Source: Octopus vulgaris (Eukaryota). Taken from it: DNA of 64,000 nucleotides. The stretch spans positions 63,860,001-63,924,000 of the forward strand of contig OX597832.1 in NCBI GenBank assembly GCA_951406725.2, written 5' to 3'. A program made the translations under genes and the position numbers. Shown one piece after another: positions 15,520-27,699 of the stretch. Below the pieces are notes generated by a model, which was not told where the DNA came from, did not search any database, and saw nothing but the letters and a program-made list of their open reading frames with translations. The first letter of the stretch is position 1; the number at the start of each line of letters is the position of its first letter.

Positions 15520-15716
15520 CCCTGCCACGTATATATCTAGATGGTGTAGCGGGAAAATACCCCCCATGATTCACCTTGTTAAACGTTTCAACAATATAGG
15601 CGCAATGTGTCCTTGTTCAAACCACGATGGTAACTGAAACGGGAACGTAAATTACGCCAGCATCGGTTGTGCAGCGATGGTGAGGGACAAACAGAAACAC
15701 AACGGTTCTCTGTCTC

Positions 15717-15805
<89 letters not shown>

Positions 15806-15870
15806 TACACCCACAAAATTAATGTAGACAGCCGTTTGCAATGTTTCACAAAAAAGGTAAATATTATTAC

Positions 15871-16110
15871 CACTATATGTGACTAGGGTGTTATGAACAC
15901 CTACATTGTTAAGAATAAGTGCTAAAATGCTCTAACGCTGTAGTTAAAGCACATAGCTGTATGCATATATAATGAGAGGGACTGCAATGTCGATCGGTGT
16001 TTTCGGACGATTACAGTCAGTATACGTGTGCAGTTATGTGCCTTAATTAGAGCATTTTAGCACTTATTCCTAGCAATGTAGGTGTTTCTACACCCTAGTC
16101 ACATTTAGTG
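15871..16110. repeat. Foldback / MITE-like palindrome
   Basis: cactatatgtgactagggtg...aagaataagtgctaaaatgctctaa pairs with ttagagcattttagcacttattcc...caccctagtcacatttagtg. Confidence 0.85.
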
Positions 16111-16511
16111 ACGATTATATATATCAAAATAATCAACAAGGATATCCAGAGGTGATGAAGTACGATCGTTTCAAGCAACTCATTTAATTGAACAATGCAA
16201 TCATTACATCAATTTAAATGCAGAGCAATCTTCGGCTGTATGAATTTAATTAAATTAAAACAGATGGACACATTAGTATAATTCTACCTTCTCCAAGAGG
16301 GTAAGGCGATAGACAAAGAACATGCTGCCTTCACTTCAGCTTAGAAGCTACTAAGGTACCAGGAAGAAAGACTTGTTACAGATTTTGCTTGTCACTGTTT
16401 TATGGGGTCAGTTTTAATTTATAGACTAGTTTTATCAAATCTTTGTATATCTAAGACCGTGAGAACAAGGAGCAGTGTCTAATAGGAATGGGGCTGAGGG
16501 AGTCGACACAC

Positions 16512-16598
<87 letters not shown>

Positions 16599-17078
16599 AT
16601 GTGTGTGATCACCGGTTGACAACCGGTATTGGTTAGTTTATGTCCCGATAGATTAGCTGTTCGGCAATAGAAAACCGATAAAATAAGTATCAGGCTTAAA
16701 AAAATAAAAAGGGGTCGATTCGTTCGACTTAATATTCTTCAAGGTGGTGTCCCAGCATGCCACAGTCTAACGACTGAAACAACTAAACAAAAGAAAAGAA
16801 GAAATAAATAAATTGATGAACCGAAACGCTAAAACGTTAGCGACATGTAAACACCTTTACCACCTGTCTGGTTTCACCTGCCTAGCTTTATTCGTGACAG
16901 AAACACCTGAGGAAGGTGTTGTGACGCAACGTGAACTATCCATCTACCTGTCTATTTCTCTCTTTTTCTCTTCCTTTCTGCCCTTTACGCTCTCTGTTTA
17001 TCTACCTGTGTGTGTGTGTGTCTCTTTCTCTATCCTTCTTTCTCTTTCTCTCTGTGTACACACACACACGCACACACA

Positions 17079-17129
<51 letters not shown>

Positions 17130-17735
17130 GCATATATATATATACATACATATGCATATACACACAAACACATATACATACATACGTAATAGTAAACATT
17201 ATTGTCACACATACATAGTATATGTGTTTTATTTTTTTAATGAATTATTAATGTTTTACAGAAAGAAATGATAGAAAAACATTAAAAGTGCAAAAGATAA
17301 AATTGTCGAGAAAAACGGGGAAAAAAGGGGAAACTTATCACTTCATCAAGGGAACAAAAAAATAAAAAAAAGGGATGCGATAGGCTGCAGAACAGCGACC
17401 TGGGGTAAAACTCCCTGCGCGACGCCAAGTGTTAAAGAGGGAGCTTACCCTGGACGCTATTTGGCGAATAAACAAAACACATACACTATATATGGGCGAC
17501 CGATGATGCTTACACTACAAGAGCTGATTTGAATTTGTAATTTAATATAATATTTGGGTGTTGGTAGCCCTTCATTCGTTTTCAATGAAACCTTCGAATA
17601 TCGTGTACACTACTCTACGAAACTAAACAGTTAGTGTTCCTATTCTTTCGGGATCGATAAAATGAGCACTGGAATCGATTTAATCGATTAGAGCCCTCCC
17701 CCAAAACCTCACACCTTGTGCCTATAATAGAAAAG

Positions 17736-17803
<68 letters not shown>

Positions 17804-17872
17804 CATTATTATTATTATTATCTCAGCCCTTGTGGCCAATAAAAGAATTAATTATTATAATAATTATTATTA

Positions 17873-17940
<68 letters not shown>

Positions 17941-17942
<2 letters not shown>

Positions 17943-18152
17943 GGGGGCGATTTGGCAGAACCGTTAGCACGCCTTGTGAGATGCTTAGAGGTATTCCGTT
18001 TGCTATTAGGTTCTGAGTTCAAATTACGCCGAGGTTGACTTTGATTTCATCCTTTCGGCGGCGATAAAATAAGTACCAGTTACGCACTGAGGTAAATGTA
18101 ATCGACTTAACCCCTCCCCCCAAAATGTCAGGCTTTGTGCCTATAGTTGAAA
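17941..18152 (+). mobile_element. SINE type A within (ATT)n arrays; an opposite-strand partial copy lies at about 17640-17735
   Basis: Similarity to 11809-12039 head and core. Confidence 0.85.
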
Positions 18153-18165
18153 GGATTATTATTAA

Positions 18166-18220
<55 letters not shown>

Positions 18221-18876
18221 GTTGTTGTTGTTGTTGTTGTTGCTGTTAATGAATCACAGTTGAAGATGAACAAAAATTAGTTTATAAGAAGCATATGATG
18301 AGGTATGTTATGCTATGTGATATCTGTAGAAATATGTTATAATATCTGATATCTCACTTCACATCACCTCCATTTCTCTCTTCTGACCTTCCACTTCGTC
18401 ATCTTCCCTTCCCCTACCTCTCCTTTCCAACTTAGACCTCGTTCTATTCTCCTTCCTCTTCTACTCTTCACCTGCTCCTCCTCCTCCTCTTTTCTCTCTC
18501 TTTCTCGTCTTCCTCCTCCTCTTGATACGCACTCTCGTACATAGACCGACACATTCGCTCTCAACTGTCTTTTGCACGCGCAAACACATAAACGCATCAC
18601 ACCCATCTACGCTCGTGTTCTTATACGTTCACGCACACACACACGCACACTCCTCTTTACATAAACCTAGGATCAAAAACATTCCAACCGTGACCATCTT
18701 GTATATTTTCTTAGGTATAGATACAAGCATGGCTGTGTTGTAGGAAGTCTGCTTCCCAACCTCATGGTTCTGGGTTCCGTTCCACTGCGTGGCACCTTGG
18801 GCTAATGTCTTCTAAAATAGCCTCGAGCTGACCAAAGCCCTGTGAGTAGATTCGGTGAAAGGAAACTTAAAGAAGC

Positions 18877-18907
<31 letters not shown>

Positions 18908-18922
18908 TCTCTCTCTCTCCCT

Positions 18923-18982
<60 letters not shown>

Positions 18983-18985
<3 letters not shown>

Positions 18986-19250
18986 TAGCAGTAATACCTG
19001 TCTTTGATCGAGTAATTACGTTAACTGTTTCTCGAACCGAGAAGCTAGAAAAATGGGTATATCATATAGACGAATAGCTTTAGGGAATCCAGGTGAGCGT
19101 GCGATCGCACTGAGAAGGCTATAGATGAAGTAGAAGACTCATTTGTCATGATTTTGTTTGACATTTGAATAGGTCGTATGCCCAAGGAGAATTGAAAGAT
19201 TCCGATTAGAATCTGAACCAGGAAAAGACTACGACTACAGATTTAGGTCA
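18983..19250 (-). mobile_element. Possible non-autonomous Helitron-like 3' end
   Basis: actagcagtaatacctgtctttgatcgagt gives a CTAGT terminus preceded by a degenerate hairpin on the minus strand; extent uncertain. Confidence 0.3.
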
Positions 19251-19315
19251 ACTCGTCCTGTATGTGTGTATTATATAAGAGAAAAACATGTAATAATTGA
19301 AGCAGAAAGTAGTGA

Positions 19316-19381
<66 letters not shown>

Positions 19382-19434
19382 CTACAACATCGAAAAATAC
19401 CTTAGGAATGAGAATCCAGGTTCGAAATTTCCCC

Positions 19435-19482
19435 AAGATACCTGATGAAGGCTGGAGGGTATATCAGCCGAAACGTTGTGTT
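19435..19482 (+). ncRNA. Minimal type I hammerhead ribozyme motif, Penelope-like element terminus
   Basis: gatac-CTGATGA-a-ggctg(gagggtatat)cagcc-GAAA-cg-TT-gtgtt: intact core, 5-bp helix II, palindromic AACGTT helix III and wobble-paired helix I; follows a (TAA)n array. Confidence 0.7.
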
Positions 19483-21137
19483 AATAACAAACAAGATGAG
19501 GATAAATATCCGTCAAATGTAAATAATGTAAATAATTCCTCATCTCTGAAATATAGAATTGTTCCGTTATTTTAAATATTCTGACTCGTTTTCATTCTCT
19601 CAACGATTTAAGAATGCGAGCTGACAGAATCGATAGGGCGTCGGAAGAGTGGTTTTTACAGTATTTGTTTCGATTCGCAACATTCTGAGTTCAAATCCTT
19701 CTCAGGCCAACTTTGCGTTTCATCATTTTAGGATCAATGAAACAAAGTATCAGCTATGTACAGGTTTTGAGGAAATCGATTAACACCCTCCCCTCAAAAA
19801 TTGTTGACCCTATGCCTAAACAAGCATACATTATTTCAAGGATTTCGATTACGTCTTCGATTTTCGTTTTATGTCTAAGGCCGCGTAACTCTAAAACTTA
19901 CTTCATTATTTTAAAGAAAGGCGCAAGTCTGGCTGGGTGGTTAGGGAGTTCGCTTCACAACCACTGTGTTTCGAGTTCAGCCCCGCTGTGCAGCACCTTC
20001 ACCAAGTGTCTTTTACTTTAGCCCCTGGGTGACCAATGTCTCGTGAGTGAATTTGGTAGGCGAAAACTGTGGAAGCACGATGTGTATACACACACACACA
20101 CATGTGTGTGTGTGAGTACGCGTCCACTACTTGACAACCGGTGCCAAGACAGACAGACAGACGGACACACACACACACATATTGATGAGCTTCTTTCAGT
20201 TTCCTAATCCATTCATATGGCTTTGGTCGGCCCGGAGCTACAGATGAAGACACTTGCCCAAGGTGCTACGTTGTGGGACCGAATCTGGAACCATGTTATT
20301 GGGAAGTAAGCTTCTTACCACACAGCCACACCTGCACCCAGTTACACACACACACACACACACATTTTTGCAAGAAAATCTTTGTGTGTATGTGTATATA
20401 TATATATACACACACACACACATGCACACCTGTGGAAGAAAATGTGTATAAAATTTATGTATATATTTGTGTGTATGAAAAATTAATGTCCTTTAGCTGT
20501 GTGCCATTTATTGAGATAATAATCAATGTTGTTTAGATAGAGGTGAGTCTTCAAAGTAGTAAGAAAACTGCAAAAAATAAAAGAGGGGTTGGTGTTTGGG
20601 TGGTAGTAGTATAAGTGGTAATGGTACTGGCGATAGTAGTGTGTGTGGTGTAGGTGGAACCCGACCTAAATGTTTTTTTTGTGGGTTAATCATAAATCAA
20701 GATACCACCCCACCACACACAACTGGGAAGTGTGTGTACCTTAATACATTTCTGTGTGTTTACACATTAATACAAATGTCTGTATGTACACACTGATACA
20801 TGTGTGTGTCTGTGTGTGCGGGTGCGTGTGTGTTTGTGCTGTGTAGAGTACATTTACACACACTCACACACTGATATTTATATCCATAGTTATACAAAGC
20901 CCCACATAAATACACACACACACCGCTTACATGCGTTTACATATACACACATCCTGGTTTTTGTTTTCCCATTTTAGCGTATGAAATAATTAGTTTTTTC
21001 ATCAACTAGGAAGTAGTATATTTATTTACTTGTATTAAATGTACCATTAACGAAACCATTAAATCTGTTGAATGGCTATTCAAGCAAGATCGGATATCAG
21101 CAATAATAAGTGGAATCAAAGGAGGCATTCGATGAAG

Positions 21138-21214
21138 ATCATCATCATCATCATCATCATCATCACCACCACCACCACCACCACCACCACCACCACCACC
21201 ACCATCATCATCAA

Positions 21215-21293
<79 letters not shown>

Positions 21294-21303
21294 TTCATCA
21301 TCA
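21138..21303. repeat. (CAT)n/(CAC)n trinucleotide array
   Basis: Direct reading; source of the spurious poly-His and poly-Asp ORFs. Confidence 0.95.
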
Positions 21304-21314
21304 TTATTATTATT

Positions 21315-21925
21315 TAGTAGTTTTATTTTTATAGCGTGCATTCACTTCACTACCGAGCGCAGCTCTGTGTGCCTTGGGTATGTACTGTGGTTTGTTGTGA
21401 TGCTCTGATGGTTATTGTATGGAAAGTGTTCTGCGTAGGATGTGTGCAGTGCCTAGTAGTGCAATTTTCTGTATGTTATATGTGTTTGTAAGTCCTGGTG
21501 TTTTTGTTATGTATTTGTCTGAATATTTTTTTATCATGCCTAATGCACCTACTATGATAGGAATTGTTTCTCTTTTTAGATTCCACATTCTGGTTACCTC
21601 TATTTCCAGGTCGTCGTATTTTGAAAGTTTCTCCATTTCTTTTAGAGACACGTTGTCATCTGCCGGTATTGATACATCAATTAGAAAGCATTTTTTTTCT
21701 TCATGATCTCTGACAACTATATCTGGTCTGTTGGCCTTAATTTCTCTATCTGCGTGTATCGGCATATCCCAGATTATGGTTGCTTTCTCGTTTTCTGTGA
21801 CCTGTTCTGGTGTGTGCCTATACCATCTTTTTTTCTGTTGTTATTCCATAATGTTGGCATAGCTTCCAGTGTATGTACGCTTGGAAGCGTACATACACTG
21901 GAAGCTATGCCAACATTATGGAATA
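21315..21925 (-). mobile_element. 5'-truncated R4/Dong-clade LINE 3' end (restriction-like endonuclease domain) flanked by (TAA)n
   Basis: YIHWKLCQHYGI..WYRHTPEQV.EN..IIWDMPIHADREIKANRPDIVV..CFLIDVSIP..KEMEKLSKY..IPIIVGALG is a PD-(D/E)xK RLE domain; stop at 21412, short 3' UTR, one frameshift in an A7 run near 21830; Dong elements are known to target TAA repeats. Confidence 0.85.
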
Positions 21926-21928
21926 TTA

Positions 21929-22034
<106 letters not shown>

Positions 22035-22611
22035 GTTGTTGTTGTTGTTGTTGTTGTAGTTGGTATTGTTATTATTATTATTGTTATTATTGTTACTTCC
22101 ACCCACTTAGTGACACTCTACTCGAATATTGTTTAGTTACAATCGCTCTGCAAACATACATATATGCAAACATATTCACCCCCACTACACACAGATACGA
22201 CAAACATAATGTACATATGTGTATGTTTGAATATATATGTATGTGTATATGTCTGTGTATACATATGCATGTGTGTATATATATATATATATATGGACGT
22301 GTCCTACGCCCACGAAACCTTGTGTAAAGCGGATTCAAACTGCGATTAAATACAAGTAACTCCAACCAAACGTGTTACTTTCATCCATTTCTTCACTCTC
22401 GTGTGTGTGTTTGTGTGTGTATAATAATAGGGGACCAGTCGAACATGTCGATCCCAGTGTTTCACTGGTACTTAATTTATCGACCCCGAAATAATGAAAG
22501 GCAAAGTCGACCTCGGCGGAATTTGAACTCAGAACGTAGCGAAGTAAGCACGCCAACATCGGTTGTGAAGTGGTGGCGGAGTGGGGACAAACACAGACAG
22601 ACAGACAGACA

Positions 22612-22649
<38 letters not shown>

Positions 22650-22849
22650 TATACACGACGGGCGTCTTTCAGTTTCCGTCTACCAAATCCACTCACAAGG
22701 CTTTGGTCGGCCCGAGGCTATAGTAGAAGACACTTTCCCAAGGTGCTACGCAGTGGGACTGAACCCAGAACCATAAGGTTGGGAAGCAAGCTTTCTACCA
22801 CAGAGCCACGCCTGTGCCTATCTTCATTGTTTATGATTAACTTCAATAA

Positions 22850-23335
22850 TTTTGTATCGTCAGTGTAGCTGTTGCGAGTCTGTGTAATCGAGGAAATGTC
22901 TTTGAGGGCCATCACAAACAGTAGTCATAGTCCTTGGGAGACTTGATGTGTCTTTGGAGAGATTGCCGTTGGTTGCAACTGTCTGATGCCTACCTTTGAC
23001 ATAAAAGTATGCAGTCACTTAAATTTTTTAACTATATCGAAGTCATGCCATTTGTGACATAACATTCTGTGATCAACTTTATCGAAGTTGAAATCTAGCA
23101 GATCCATATTTGAATAATGATTAAGCGTCAATTTCAGTATGCAGTCATAATGCTGTAGGAGCTGTGTGAGGCAGCTCTTTCCTGGACGGAAGCCAAGCAG
23201 AATGTCATTGAGGAAGCCACTTTCTTCTAAGAACATTATCAGATTCTTTCCGACACTGCGTTCTTGCTTAGGTGTAAGGTCAGGGGTCAGGCAGAGCTAT
23301 GATTTTCAGCAACTGTCTTGCTTCCTCTTCTTTGT
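22850..23335 (-). mobile_element. Decayed CR1/L2-group LINE RT fragment
   Basis: GFRPGKSCLTQLL..FDKVDHRML and YTDDTKL motifs. Confidence 0.75.
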
Positions 23336-23341
23336 CTAAGA

Positions 23342-23424
<83 letters not shown>

Positions 23425-23804
23425 ATGCGCGTGTGCGCGCGCGTTGATGTGTGAATAATATATAATGGGTATGTTGTGTATATATGTTGAGAGATACATT
23501 TATTAAAATATAAATGTTTATATCTGGGTGTATATAGATATATACAACGCACAGAAATACCTAAACGGTGTCGGATGTAGTTCTCAGTGGGATCTAAAAC
23601 ACCCCACATCCACACACTTGTAAATTTCATTGGCGCAGAAGCAAGTGCCTGATCCATTTCTTACTCAAGTTGAGACGGGTGCCCTATCAGTTGGGTGTGG
23701 TAGTATTATGGTGGGGTGTGGGTTACATTAGAATCAAGAGAAAACAAGTAAATAAACTTTGCAATAAAATATTAATTAAAACTTCTTACGTGTATGAACA
23801 CACA

Positions 23805-23871
<67 letters not shown>

Positions 23872-24010
23872 AAACATACATTGCTGAAGGCCGAACGAAT
23901 GAGAGTGGAGTGCACGAAACATGTAGAAGATATATAGTTTCTGTTTTATATTAAAACTGAAACAGAGTTTGTCTCGCGACTCGAGTTTCAAGCCACTGCG
24001 ATCTTTAGGC

Positions 24011-24123
<113 letters not shown>

Positions 24124-25932
24124 ACACACACACAAACACACACACACAAACGCACACACAGACTAACTGTGCGTTAATGGTTAGAAGTAGGTTTCTCTGA
24201 AATTGAAGTACGGAAAGGGGAAACAGGTGGAGCAACATTAGTCTAATCGTCCGGTGGGCACACATGTGCGTGCGCACCCACATACGTATGCACACATATC
24301 ATTAATACACAGATTAAGAATATCAGTCATATAAGGATTAAAATCATTTTAGGATGTAGAGTATATGAAGGTTTATTTTGAATATAATTCCTACGAGTAT
24401 AGCAACATTTCAAATCTCATGACCTTCGTCAGGTGCAGATTATAAATATCTGTGCCCGAGGAAAGTCGTTACAGTTTTCTCTAAGGTGAAACTTGAAATG
24501 TTGGTACCGTGAACCCTGAAATCAGTATCGGTGACACTTTAAAATATTCATTCCTACAGCTGATTCAATAATTCATCAATAACCCGTGTTTCGTAAGAAT
24601 TATTGAAACAGTTGTAGGAATGATTATTTTGAAATATCACTGTTTACGGATGTTATTTCAAATGCGTTTGCCTTTGTCCGTTCTGTCCTGTTTGACAGTA
24701 TATGAAACACTGTACTCGCATATGCAATTTTTGACATGAAATTTTAGAATTTTAACGTGATAAACTATATAATAACTGGTTATTTGTTGTGTGTACACAG
24801 CACATTTTAATGTTGTTTTTGTTTGTGTGTGTACACATAAGTGTGCATTATTTTTCCTTCTTTTGGCCTTAACCCCTCCTCTATGCCTGTCTGTATATAT
24901 ATATATATATCTCACTTTTCGAATTTGTCACACTCTCCTTCTGCTCCTCGGATTTGTCAGTGTTCTTGTTTATTTCTTCTCCTTTGCGACCTCTGTCCAA
25001 TCCGTTTCACTTTGTGGGCACTCTTCTCTTATTTTCCACTGTTTTGTACAATTTTCCCATAAAGACCCTAACTATTCAAAAGAAAAATCCCAATTATAAA
25101 AGCAAAAATTAATTGTACGAAAGTATTATCATGTAAAACTTATAAATGATAATTCTCTTTTTACGCACATAAACAAAGATCCCTTTGTACATTGATGACC
25201 CCGAAAGAATAATTCTGTGTTGCCGTACAAGCAGATGTAATAAGGATCCTCATTGATAATTATACTCTCTGAATTAATATTAATCTTTCATATCTGAGTT
25301 CGTCCATTTTTTTCTTTCCTCATATACAGAACATTCCTTTAAATCTCAGGTCTCGCCTTATCTGCAAGTGACACTTTGCCTAATCCCTTTTGCAAACTTA
25401 TTTCTAACATCATCGCATTCGTTACCTTTGATTCATCAAATAACTATTGCGTTTCTCATCTGTGGTTCTTTTTGCATTCTGGAAAAGAAACTAATATAAA
25501 ATGCATTGTTTCTATTAAATAAGATCAAAACGTTTTGATACTCAGTATTTCTGACTCCCAGGTACTTTTCGTTCTTTTTTTTTTCCTTACTTCCAATTTA
25601 TTCAGAAATGAACAGAAATCACCACTCTCTGAAGAAAGATGCAACTCGAAACGTCACGCATTTTTCCTACCTTTCTTGTTCCCCGCTCTTTCTTCATGTA
25701 TATATATATATAATATTGTGTGGTCATTGTCATCGTATTTCTATATGTCTGTCTATAACTATCTTTATCCATTGACATACATATCTCCGTGTCAGTTCCT
25801 TCCTCTCTCGCTTTTCTGTCATTCATCTCCTTCTACACGCGAGTACGTACGAAAACACACGTGTATAAGTGTGTGTATGTATGTGTTCATGCATGGATAT
25901 GTGTATATCATATATTCAAGTATGTGTGAGTG

Positions 25933-25997
<65 letters not shown>

Positions 25998-26186
25998 CTG
26001 CGTATATATATATATAATGTATGTATGTATGATATATATAGGTATGTATACACCCGCACACACATTTATACACACTTGTTTTAAGCAGCTTAAGTATTTA
26101 TCCACGGTATCAAATTCTGTAAAAAGTGACCAGCTTTGCTATTAAAGTAAATCCTGACAGATAAATTGATCTGTTCTGCACACACA

Positions 26187-26237
<51 letters not shown>

Positions 26238-26274
26238 GCACACACTCACACACACACACAATAATAACGATGAT

Positions 26275-26511
26275 AATAGGTTCAAATTTTGGCCCAAGGC
26301 CAGCAATTTCGGGTGAGGGGGGTAAATCGATTACATCGACCCCAGCACTCTACTGGTACTTATTTTATCGACCCCGAAAGAATGAAAAGCAAAGACAACC
26401 TCGATGGAATCGTAACTCAGAACCTACCGACACACGAAATGCCGCCGAGCACTTTTCCCGGAGTGCTGACGATTCTGCCAGCTCGCCGCCTAAATAATAA
26501 TAATAATAATG

Positions 26512-26609
<98 letters not shown>

Positions 26610-27610
26610 CCTTTCTACTACTGGTACAAGGCCTGAAATTTTTGGGGCGGGGACTAGACGAACACGTCAACCCCAGTGTTTCACTGCTACTTGATTTATC
26701 GATCTCGAAAGGATGAAAGGTAAAGTCAGCCTCGGCGTAACTCAGAACGTAGCGACAGACGAAATACCTATTTCTTTACTACCCACAAGGGGCTAAACAT
26801 AGAGGGGACAAACAAGGACAGACAAACGGATTAAGTCGATTGTATCGACCTCAGTGCGTAACTGGTACTTAATTTATCGACCCCGAAAGGATGATAGGCA
26901 AAGTCGACCTCGGCGGAATTTGAACTCAGAACGTAACGGCAGACGAAATACCGCTAAGCATTTCGCCCGGCGTGCTAACGTTTCTGCCAGCTCACCACCT
27001 TGATATAATAATAATGATAATAATAGGAGTGGCTGTGTGGTAAGTAGCTTGCTAGTCAACCACATGGTTCCTGGTCTAGTCCCACTGCGTGGCACCATGG
27101 GCAAGTGTCTTCTACTATAGCCTCGGGCCGACCAAAGCCTTGTGAGTGGATTTGGTAGACGGAAACTGAAAGAAACTGGTCACGTCTGTGTGTGTGTGTG
27201 TGTCTGTCTGTGTCTGTGTGTTTGTCCCCACACCATCGCTTGACAACCGATGCTGGTGTGTTTACATCCCCATAACTTAGCGGTTCGGCAAAAGATACCG
27301 ATAGAATAAGTAGTAGGCTTGCAAAGAATAAGTCCTGGGGTCGATTTGTTCGATTAAAAGGCGCTGCTCCCGCATGGCCGCTGTCATAATGACTGAATCA
27401 AGTAAAAGAATAAATGAATAATTAAAATTTGCGTGGAGGAGATAAGCCACTTACATCGACCCCCAGTACTCAACTAGTACTTATTTCATCGACCCCGAAG
27501 GGATGAAAGGCAAAGTAGACCTCGACAGAATTTGAACTCAGAACCTACAGATGGACGAGGTGCCGCGGAGTGTTTTTCCTGGTGCGGTAACAATTTTGCC
27601 AGCCCTTGCC

Positions 27611-27612
<2 letters not shown>
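26275..27612. mobile_element. SINE cluster: type A (-) 26275-26491, dimeric type A (-) 26610-27001, full type B (+) 27025-27415, type A (-) 27425-27612
   Basis: Mutual similarity among copies; separated by (TAA)n arrays. Confidence 0.85.
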
Positions 27613-27645
<33 letters not shown>

Positions 27646-27699
27646 TTCTGCTGTAGACACAAGGCTTGGAATTTTCGAGGATAAATTAGTCATAAATAT

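Noticed and set aside
21006-21341. Poly-His, poly-Asp and poly-Gly ORFs
   Set aside because: They come from a (CAT)n/(CAC)n array at a LINE insertion boundary; there is no flanking coding context.
21851-21864. atgttggcatagct matches the 3' part of miR-31 and sits in a hairpin
   Set aside because: The seed region (aggcaag) is absent, and the sequence is LINE coding sequence (KLCQH) in a perfect fold-back.
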